A stretch of 64,000 nucleotides of DNA from Nageia nagi. Lineage: Eukaryota > Plantae > Pinophyta. Positions 13,580-23,499 of this stretch are shown here, piece by piece. The position numbers were made by a program, and so were the translations under genes. The stretch's first letter is position 1; every line of letters starts with the position of its first letter. Location of the stretch: assembly GCA_050084985.1 (NCBI GenBank), contig JBITNC010000001.1, positions 163,494,001-163,558,000 on the forward strand. The letters are read 5' to 3'. Under the pieces are notes generated by a model, which saw only the letters and a list, made by a program, of their open reading frames with translations, searched no databases and had not been told where the DNA came from.

Positions 13580-14036
13580 TTGGACACACCCCAAATAGGT
13601 GATGCCAGAGGTAGAGTGTTGTCTAATGCAAGGTGAAATTCTACGGGTCGTGTTGATGGGGGATTTCGCTCCTCAAATTTATCATCTTCAGTATTAAAGG
13701 TTGAAATTGATAAGGATGAATTTGACTTTGATTTCCAAAAGCAAGAAAAACATACACTTATCTGTAAAATAAGAGGAAGAAGACCTAGCCTGAAAGACCT
13801 TGAAGCTTTTGTCAAAAAGAAGTGGTCCAAAACATGTTGGGTAACCCTACTGCCCAATAATTTTTTCTTTGTATTTTTGAGGATTTGATCAGTAGGAGGT
13901 TTTTGTGGAAGCATGAATGGTTATTTGGTCAAAGAGGGATTTATATTCGAAAATGGACTACATGTTTCAACCCTCTATCTAAAAGAATAGATTATCATCT
14001 GGTTTGAATTAATCTTTATACTCTTCCAATAGAATT

Positions 14037-14484
14037 TGTAATGTAATATTGAGTAATATTTCTCCTTAATGTAAATTCACTTAATACTTAAAGTATCATT
14101 AGATACCTTAAAGTATTAAGGGACTAAAAATAGGAGAGGGATTAAGAATAGGTAAAGGATTAAAAATAGAAAAGGGATTAATTATAGAGTGGGTTTCTTC
14201 TTATAAAAAGAGAAGAACCCTCCCCTCTCATTTTACACAATGGTAATGCAAGCTTTGCTATAGGTTTAGAGTATGAGAGAGAGAGAAGAGATTTTGTAAG
14301 AGAGGTCTTTGAGAATAAGAAGATCTTAGTTAGTGGATGTACTCCCACTGAGGGAGTAACCATTTTATATCTTAAATTATTTGTGAGATTGGCTTGAGTT
14401 ATTGTGTTATAGTGTTGTTGTTGAAATTGCCTTCTTGAGATCTTGGTAGAGTAGAAGTTAATTGAGAAAGGGTTAATTTCTTCA
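14037..14484 (+). mobile_element. Solo LTR related to the copia A family, inserted in the LINE ORF1
   Basis: TGTAA...TTCA with exact TSD GAATT (14032-36 and 14485-89). Shares blocks with the reverse complement of the A LTR (gtatcattagatacctta, tagttagtggatgtactcc). The LINE frame resumes after it. Confidence 0.9.
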
Positions 14485-15540
14485 GAATTTTGGGGGGAGA
14501 AAATTTTTCTCAATTTTGGCAATTCTTTAGGATCTTATATGGATGAATTCACTGAGGATAATTTGAAGAGCAGGAGAAACATGAGCAAAGCAAGATTGGC
14601 CATTCTAATGTTTGAAGATGAACCATGCCCACAATCCATCACTCTTTCTTCTTGGAAAGGTGAGTGGATCCACAAAATCAAATATGAAAACTTTTCATTC
14701 AGGTGTTATGGATGTCAACAAGGTCATAAAAAGGAGTGCCTAGCCAGGAAAGCTAATATCAAAACTCCTAAAAATATAGTGGTCGAGAAGGAGATGCAAG
14801 CTCCAAAAATAAACGCAAAGGTGTATGTGCACAATAGGCGTTAGACTCTCTGAGTTTTGATGCTCAGATTGAAGGTGCAAGATCTCAACCTTTGTTAGAT
14901 ACCAAGGATGGCAATCCTAAGGACTTTGGTGTGTCTCCTCTTTCAAAGAATCAAAGCCAAGGTGAGTCAAGTCCCAACCAAAGTTCAATTGTCTCAATGG
15001 TGAACAAGTCGGCTTCCTCCATGAGAAATGCAAGATCTCTTGTTACCAATAACATAGATGCAAATTATGTAGCTATACCAGAAGACATGGAGAATGCAAC
15101 ATATAGATACTACTTGCGAAGTTTGAAGTGTAAGAATGCATTTTCAGATCTAGCAAAATTATCAAAAGGATAACATAAAAGATGGTAGCTGTAGTAGTGT
15201 TGTTATGACTGCTACAGTAACTGTACCAAGCAAAATCTAAGAAAGTCGAAACAGTTCCCGTAGTGTTAGGAATTAGATTGGAGAATCTCACAATGGTTTT
15301 TTTTTTGTCTCTCATGATCTTGTATTGAATATCTTTCTATGTAAGTAAGGTTTTGGGGCCATGTTTTTTGAAAAAACCCGCTAATTATTTACCCTTACCA
15401 AAAAAAAATCAAATACTGGCAAATAATGAATGGTAAGGTTTCAATGCAAGACATAGAATACAATACACAAGTAAGGAATAATAGAGAGGGTATTTATGGA
15501 AAACTTTTCTAATATTGTACATTTTTGTTGTGGATATTAG

Positions 15541-15658
15541 GGAGCACCTCATCTTGCATCAATAGTGGTGGCAAATGAATGGAATAGGCTTTATACAAGG
15601 GAGCTTGCAGCTTTTCTAGCCCCATGGCTTTGAGCATCTAACTTCTAGCCTGGAACAA
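15541..15658 (+). pseudogene. GLDP: GLDP pseudogene, exon c (two in-frame stops)
   Basis: After ttAG (15539-40) it reads GAPHLASIVVANEWNRLYTRELAAFLAPWL*ASNF*PGT, corresponding to [39 protein letters not shown]. Stops are TGA at 15631 (likely from CGA) and TAG at 15646 (likely from TGG). The donor is mutated to AT, and the final RVDNVYGDR exon was not found. Confidence 0.9.
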
Positions 15659-16498
15659 ATTTGATGCATAAATTACCACTTATTGCAATGAGCATTCCTT
15701 GAATAGCATATTTATCACCACTCACATATATCTTAACAATTTGTATCACAATAATATATAATATTTATTTTTTGCATGAATTAAATGATCCTATCAAAAT
15801 TATGAATTAAAGGATGATTTCATAATCATCCTTTTCATAAGAGAGAAGAAAGAACCACAAAATAAGATATAAGAAATTGCAATCTCAAACAACTAGAAAC
15901 TAATACTCTATTCCCTTGAAACCCATCATGTGAAAAACTTGCTACATATCATCAACTTTGCCTAGCCTAAATAGACATTCTATAATAAAGCATTCATGAG
16001 GGGCATAAGCTTTTGAAGCCAATCCATGCCAGTTTCCATGGTAAGGTCCTCAAACTTAAAATTTACTGTTGTCCCACTAAAAACCCTTTAAAATGATAAA
16101 GTGAACCCCGTTAATTCACCCAATCTCAATGTTTACAATATCATCAACACTGCTCACAAAACACCTCATCAATAGTTGCAAATATATGAATAACAGATGC
16201 AACCTAATTGTTACATGATTAACATATACAGATATGCATGCTTTCATAGTCTATCAAACTAACCTATGAATACATGTTTCTAGTTATCAAGGTCTATAAA
16301 ACTCTAAATTTGGCCAGAAAACTATTTGAGGCACTCTAAACAATACCAAACATAGATCTTAAGATGATAAAGACATCAAATTAGGGATATCAACTAACTC
16401 CACAAGAACAAGCTCCAAATCATGACGAAGATAATACAAGTGAAAACATATCAAAATAAAGTAAAAGAATAAATTTATGTCAATAGTGTTAGGCTTAC

Positions 16499-16663
16499 TC
16501 AATGGGAAGAGTGTCCACAAAGGTGAGCAACATCCTAATCTTATTGGCCCCCTTGGAGGCCAACCCAGCGTGCATCTCAACTGCCATGGCATCCACAAGT
16601 TGTCTCAACCTCTACAAATGAGTCAAACATCCCTCCTCAAAATCTCTCAAAGAAACATATCTT
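16499..16663 (-). pseudogene. HKL1: Hexokinase-like (HKL) exon-1 fragment with an in-frame stop
   Basis: [53 protein letters not shown] matches the plant HXK/HKL motif [36 protein letters not shown]. It ends at a phase-2 GTAAG donor (16498), the expected exon-1 boundary. TAG at 16612-14. No N-terminal membrane anchor or exon 2 was found. Confidence 0.88.
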
Positions 16664-17214
16664 CTGCATAATCAAATAAATATAATAAATAACAAATAAC
16701 CAAAATAACTCTCACCAAATGAGTCGTTGCCAATTTTGCATCATGTTGAACTTGTTACTTATGCAAGCCTTCATGTTGCAGGATCTACGAATATTCCTCA
16801 AATCCTAAACTAATACTAAAATTCTCGAAATCCCAAGTGCAACCACACCAATCTGAGGATTCAATATAAATCCAATCTCAAACAATGCTGCAAGATTGCT
16901 TTCCTTTCAATGCCCTAACACAAGGGTGCTCAAGGGTGGGGATGGTGTAACCACCAAAAGATGGCCCACCCTTGTTAGTATTATTTCCCTTGTGAGAGGA
17001 GGCTACAGCCCATCCATCATCATTCTCTTGGAAATTTGCTATTCTCTATCCCCTAAAAAAAACACACACTCACAAGAAGCAAACCTTTGCAGTAACAAAC
17101 ATGGACTACCAAGTTAAAACAACAATGTTAATATCCTTTATACAAATTCAACAATAAATCCCACTATAAACAATATCTTTAAAAGCATCACACAAGGTCT
17201 TGGTTATTTCTTAC

Positions 17215-18200
17215 CTCTCAGGTCTCGAGTCTCGAATAAACCAAATCAGCACCCTCTTTCGCCAAAGTAGAAATTTACTTTGATAGTTTGTAATAAAACA
17301 TTAGGACCCTCTGAATACCCTTTGTAAAGGGAAAGGAAAATCCTTTAGATCACTACTAAAGATTTAGTCATTTCTTACATCTCAAGTCTTACGTTCGAAT
17401 CGTCCTCTTTATTTACCGCAAATATTTGTAACAAGGCATTGCTCACACATGGATTTAAATACCCTCATATAAGAAAAATACCCAAAAAAGAGATCAAATA
17501 AAGAATATTAACGACATTTCTTTCTTCCATATACTGTCCTCTTTTCCCTATGGTTCAAATGTCTCAAAGTCCTCAAAAAATAAGGGCATCAAGAATTATT
17601 CACGCAATCACGTTCACTTTTTAAAGCCACAACCGCCTCCCGTAAATTTCTACAAAGATAAATACAGCAGCGAGTCGTAAAGCTCGTAGATTCCTCTATA
17701 GTGAAATCTCTTTGACATAAGAGAATCGATCTCGACCATAATGCTACAATTCACTAGTTCTGAAATATCCATACCTTTCACGCAATTCAATGTGATGGAA
17801 TTTCTTGATAGAGAAGCGATTGGTCATGGGATTGTGACAAACAAAATTTCTGAAGCCCAGTAACTTGAAATTTGATCATACCGCTGGTTGTCATCAATCT
17901 CGAGCACCACAGACCAGGCCATCATGTTTTCAAGATCCTAAGGCTCCCGTTTGGCAAAATCCTACAAGAAATCATGAATATTGTCCCAAAATGAGCCATC
18001 TAAATTCGCAAGGCATCTCGGTTATACGTCGTTTATATGGTAACTACCTTGTGGCGACTTTACTGTGACACACCATGGCCATGTGTCCTCAATACAACTG
18101 GCACAATAAATCAAGGGCTCAACTTCATTTCATCATCTATCATGGTATAAGGGCCATCAACAACCGTGGATCCAAATTTTGGCTCCTCATTCTTCAAAGA
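17215..18200 (-). promoter_or_regulatory. CpG-retaining region: probable promoter/5' exons of a minus-strand transcript
   Basis: Dozens of CpGs against a depleted background, with strong minus-strand donors AG|GTAAG (17214) and AAG|GTATGG (~17774). No recognisable protein. Confidence 0.45.
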
Positions 18201-20496
18201 GGACACCTATGACATAATAAATAATGTGATTAATTTATGTAAAAACTATTATATAGCTTAAAATAAGATGTTAAATGAAGCTTATAAATTGAAACTTGAA
18301 AGCAAATAATTTATTACTTAGAATTATTTGAAGTATCATAATATGTTTTTTTTTAATTATTAATCATAAAACTTGAAAATAATAAATTAAATGTACTATA
18401 CTATGAATAGAAACTGTAGATTCTACATAGTATGCGATAAAGATAAAGTTGTAGTCAGCACTCAAATGAATAAAGATTTTAAATTAAGAGTTTTTGTGAC
18501 ATTATTTTTAAAAAAGATAGAAGCAACTTTATATGATTATGTCAAATCCTATGAATGAGCTTAAAAAAAAAATTGAGTGTTTATCTCCTAATACAACATC
18601 TTTAAGCTTAGAGTCACGACTGAAGGGCATCCACATCATCAAAATCCGTCGAGAGCACAATCCCCACCTCATCCACACCTACCGTTACTTGATAGGATTT
18701 TTGATATGTTTCAACAAGTAAGGACAAAGAGTTTTGAACTATCCACCTCTCCAACTCCTATACCCATCAATTCATTACAAAAAAAAATCAGTCCAAACTT
18801 ATTCTATTACTATAAATCAATATTCAAAAAAAAATGAAAAATACTAAAGAATGTGAAACCCCCATCAAATCAGCAATAGTAATACAAGAGTATTTTTTAA
18901 TTGATTTGATCCACCCACCAGGTGATTATTTAAAACACATAATCTTAAGATATAAACAACTTTTTCTTCCTTTTGTTAATGTTTATCAATCATTTGAAAA
19001 CTTCACAAACTTATGCAATTTCATCTTTTCACCATTGATCCAAATTTAGCCCATCAAACTTCTCACTCATTCTTTAAGTACCATTATGATTTTAATATTG
19101 AATGACAATAAAGATACCTGTATGTAACACATTGAGATATCTAGAGTATTTGATTTACAAGAAACTGCGCAACTCAGACAGGCCTTTGATTCCATCCAAG
19201 CATGCACAACTTTTCATTTATTTTCTTTTAACAATCTCTTAGTTGAATTCTTTAATTGTGTATAGGCCAGCTTGCAATTATAATATATTTGAAGTCATTT
19301 TCTTTAAATAATTATTCATATGGTACTTCAAGAGAATGCAGAAAATCTGATCTTAATTACTTTACAATCGTATTTTGAAATTAACTCATATGTGATGTTT
19401 TCTACAATTACGTTTTTCCCTTCAAAATTAATTATGTTACTTTTGTTGAAATTGATGATTTATTTAATCTGCTGCTCGTGAATCCTTTATTTGACCACAT
19501 TTAATTCCAGGTCTCCTATTTATTTTCTTATTCGAATTTGAAATTCTGATAGGAGATAATTGAATAATATGGTCTTTACCATTTACATTTATTTGAGATA
19601 TGGGAAAGTAACAAGGAAGTTAACTCTATGAAAACACAAAGGGCAGAAACACTTTGAAACTTATTTCATAGATCATTGCAAATTTTAAATGCAAGAAAAA
19701 TGCAGCTTCACTTCACAATAGAGTAGACTATTCCACTTAACAATTTGGGTGGATGGAAACAACTACTCTATTGCTTATAATAATTAAGACTTTATCTCCT
19801 GCTTAACATTATAAAATTGGATATGCACTACTGCAAAGTTGAAGGGCGCAACGAAATGCCATGACTACCAATACCTGTCATATTGAGTCGAGGATAATGC
19901 CAATGTGAAATATAGAATTAATAAGCAGATGTAGTTATATAATGCATGAAATGGCTATTCAACAAGAATGTTTTTCTTTCTGGTGTGATCATGAGTTATG
20001 GATGGATGAAATTGTAAACTCTGGAGTACTCTTGAGAAAGATAGCTAAATGACAAATTCAAAAGAGAAAAAAAAAACAAATTTTTAATACTACTTTGTTC
20101 TGAAAATATATTTCTATCATTTGGTATAACAATCTAGCAGAGTAATTATAACTATGTCCCAACATTAGACTTTGTCATGGAAACTAGAAAAGAAAGAAAT
20201 TTCCCTCAACAATAGGCAAAAATTGCCCTCAACTAATTTCCCTAGAAATCCTACCAAAAATTAAGAAATACAGAAGACTATGCATACCGTTTAACCTACG
20301 CTATATATAAAGTCAACCGTTTCACAGGATGGTTTTGAGTCTTTGACATCAAAATAGATTCACCAATTGAAGAATCATGCAAACTACATATATAGGACAA
20401 ACATACCCATACACTATGCAAGAATTGTCTTTACTCAATTAACCCTTGTCAATGCACAAAACAATTATTCTCTTTGATGAAGAAGTCGCTATTCAT

Positions 20497-20730
20497 CTAG
20501 CCAGAAACAAGCATGATCACAATTGTGACAGCATTTAAAGCTATCAAAGGCATCCTTAAGTATTGGGTAGCATAAATAAGCCCAATAGCCTGTGCTTTTA
20601 ATGACTTTCCTCTATTTCCTGAAACTTCAGAAAAGCTCCAACCCTTTGGAGCCAGAAATCGATCTTCATTCAGGATGGCTAGGGCATTTGCAAGAAGTAA
20701 ACAACCTTCCAATAATGTCCAAAGACCCAT
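20497..20730 (-). CDS. YOS1: Yos1/IER3IP1-family small ER-Golgi transport membrane protein (77 aa)
   Basis: MGLWTLLEGCLLLANALAILNEDRFLAPKGWS...KSLKAQAIGLIYATQYLRMPLIALNAVTIVIMLVSG* carries the family signature (LLxANAxAILNEDRFL, two hydrophobic helices, ~80 aa) with no lesions. The ATG lies 3 nt after a tgcAG acceptor (20734-35). Confidence 0.95.
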   Translation of the reverse strand: MGLWTLLEGCLLLANALAILNEDRFLAPKGWSFSEVSGNRGKSLKAQAIGLIYATQYLRMPLIALNAVTIVIMLVSG

Positions 20731-23499
20731 CTCCTGCATTAAACCACAACAAGCGGTTAAGCAACAATTTGCACATACACCTATTGCATTCAGTTCAGCC
20801 ACACTTTGCATGAAAACAAAGCAACATATAAAAACCACGCAAAATGAACAGCAACATTCTTAGTACCTAAAATATCCCTCCCTCATTTGATTCTCTCAGG
20901 ACCAGAAATTTCCAAGTTAGAATGATGATACAATATACTTCAGTTATAAGAAAATTTCTAGATGCCGACTTTGCATTTAAAAAAGTTTTAAGTTAAATGT
21001 CCTTGATATAGCTACGTTATGAAAAAAGATGGCCCTACATCCTGTAAACCAACAAGAAAAAGTGAACTGCTACAAGATGTCAACCACCAACATGAATAAA
21101 ATTGGCTGTATTTTGAATTGTCAATCATTATATTCATTGCTATCAAATTATATTTTGAATTATCTATTAGTGAGAAGTCAAAAAAAGACAACGTTATAAA
21201 CAATTAGGGTTTTCAATGGCTCATTACTCACTATTCACCCATAAACTCTATTAATGAACTGCTAGATTTAATATTTGTATGAAGCATACTTATTTAAATA
21301 GCTTGGATATAGAAATATCATGTAACCATTCCACGCATACTTATTTTAATAAATACACGTTCTGATGTCGTCGCTGAAAAGGATTCTACATTCTATCCCT
21401 GAAACAACTTCTCCTATCCTCAACACATTCCAAAAGTTAACAACACAAGTTAACTATAAAGATATTTACTCCAGACCTTGATGCTCATTTCACTTGTCTC
21501 TCTGTGCTTGGACTTAGAAAACAAAGACCATACCAATTATAATCAAAAGAAGGCTTCCATCTCCACTTAATGCTTGCAAAAAAGGATAGCAGATAAGAAA
21601 ATGCCATACACCTCAGTGCTCATTTCACATTTGTTTCTTTTTTTGGTTTAGACATCAAATTAGAAAACTTTGTCAGATTATCACAAGATGTTTTTTCTCC
21701 TCAATTCTTGGTACAACTAAAACATAGCAATTAGAATTTCACATGTCATAATAACTTAGTTAACAAGTACTTGCAATTATGACAGTACCTCTTACTGGAG
21801 ATCAAAGTAGCACGCCCCCTTCATAATCATTCTTGCCAAAGGTTATCATTGAATAACATGACTAAAAGACTAAGGTAAGATATAAAACAGATAAATGAGG
21901 AAAACCAATATCATGATGGGATGATCTTTCAAACTGTTGCTTGTCTCAAAATATGCTTCATGGAATTTTACTTGCCCTTGCTCAAGAAACTAGATTCAAA
22001 TTAAAATAAATGATTTTATCAAGAATCCAACAAAAAGCCAATAAAGGTGAGCAGTCAAGGATTTAAGGATATTTTCATTTGTAGGACATTCGTGAACCAT
22101 ACAATTGTCACCTTAATCTTTTAACTGCATCAACCCCTTGAGAGCTATTATATAAAAAGATAAGGCACTGAAGCAAGACTACTATGCCCATTTTCTTTGG
22201 ATGTTTTGTCCTCTCTTGCATGAAGAGTTTATTCCAATTGGAGATATTTGTTTCCACATGGACCAATTAAGTATAATGAAAGGTCTAGGCAGCCTATATG
22301 GCTGGTGACAAAATTTAAAACTTTGAAGAATGATAAAGACAATGATTTCAAAAAGGTTATAAAGTTCACCTGTAAGACATCAATAAAATTTACGCACTAA
22401 AATTGATGGTCTTGTTTTCTTCTCCAAATCACATTTCAAATTCTTCTTTTCTACATCCTTGGATTTCCTTTCCTGAGTTCTTTGGCCATTGCTTTCTACT
22501 TCTAACTTTCCTCACCCCTTTGAATTACTTCGTCATGATTTAAGTCAGCCAACTTCCAAAGGAAAAGTTTATACCTACAAAGACTCTCCCCTGCTAAAAT
22601 CGACTGTTACTTTCGAAGCTTACCAATCATGCCATTGCATATGAGTTGTGGGACATATTGTTTGAGGATTCCGGGTGAGGGATGAATATTGTCACCTTGT
22701 CATATCAATATTATGAAAGCATGAATTCCTCACCAATCATCTGGCCCAAGAATACTGAACTCAAGATTTAAGTCTTCGTAATTGAAGTTTTTAAACAACT
22801 GAATAGCGTACTCTGCCAAAGGAGTGTAGGTTCAGAAACCCTTGCAGCAATGTTGGAAACACCATTCCTTTTTCCTAGTCTGACCAGGGTGACCTGCTTG
22901 CTGATCCATGCTTGGGTGCCACTTAAGGGAATCAAATTCCTTAGGATCTAGTGATCCATCATTGCATTTTTCTTTTTGGAATTATTCCCGGCCCCCTCAT
23001 GTTTATGCTTCTTCTTCCTTTCATCTTTGTGCAAGCATCATTGCATCCATTGGCAGCAGATTATGCCAATTCCAAGGATGGGAATTGTAGCAGAAGGAAT
23101 TGATGCAGTGAATTTGTAAAGCAAGTGTAGACTCTGCTGGCTGAGAACTGGATGCAAGAAAATCTGAACCTGCTTCTCATTTCCTTTATCATCAAGTTCA
23201 AGGGGACATATCATGTCCTAGGTACAGTAATAATCTGTATTCTCTGGTGGTAGTTTTGTGCCAAAAAATAAACATAAAGATTGATTTCAATTGTGTTTAG
23301 AGATTGCTGTTTTCATCTTTCCTGTTAATTTTTAGTGCAACTGCTTGAGTTTTTGGTAATCTTTTACTTTCAAGTCCCAAACATAAAGCTATTATCAAAG
23401 CCGTCTCCAGTCTATATGAGAAGCACAAGAAATCAACATGTTCTCAAAAGGATCTGTGGTCATTGCTGAAGACAATAATGCACCCAATGCCAATGGAGA

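Larger units (their letters stand above)
2931..15408 (+). mobile_element. ORF1-only L1-like LINE (~1.64 kb net: 2931-3197, 13585-14036, 14490-15408), split by a copia and a solo LTR
   Basis: The reading frame is continuous across the copia insertion (YASM*VL|DTPQIG). It contains DUF4283-like HTLICKIRGRRPSLKDLEAFVKKKW and WLFGQRGIYIRKW, then LPIEF|FWG across the solo LTR, and zinc knuckle IKYENFSFRCYGCQQGHKKEC. It ends in cttacc+A9 (15400-15408). Candidate TSD ATACTAGCAAATA (2918-2930) / ATACTGGCAAATA (15413-15425). No endonuclease or RT motifs seen. Confidence 0.75.

Noticed and set aside
16990-17012. gagaggaggctacagccc as a miR529-like sequence
   Set aside because: Too many mismatches, and it does not lie on the hairpin arm.
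16870-17050. Minus-strand peptide ENDDGWAVASSHKG...IPTLEH resembling the SGS3 N-terminus
   Set aside because: Short, low-complexity similarity with no XS or zinc-finger region nearby.
17790-17855. Possible box C/D snoRNA (GTGATGG...CTGA)
   Set aside because: Imperfect C box, no terminal stem and no recognisable rRNA guide.
18533-18721. IHIIKIRREHN as a LINE RNase H motif
   Set aside because: A single weak motif with no other RT or RNase H context.
20731-20838. 36-aa Cys-rich N-terminal extension of the Yos1 ORF in the ORF track
   Set aside because: It lies almost entirely upstream of a tgcAG acceptor in T-rich intron-like sequence, and the family protein starts at MGLW.
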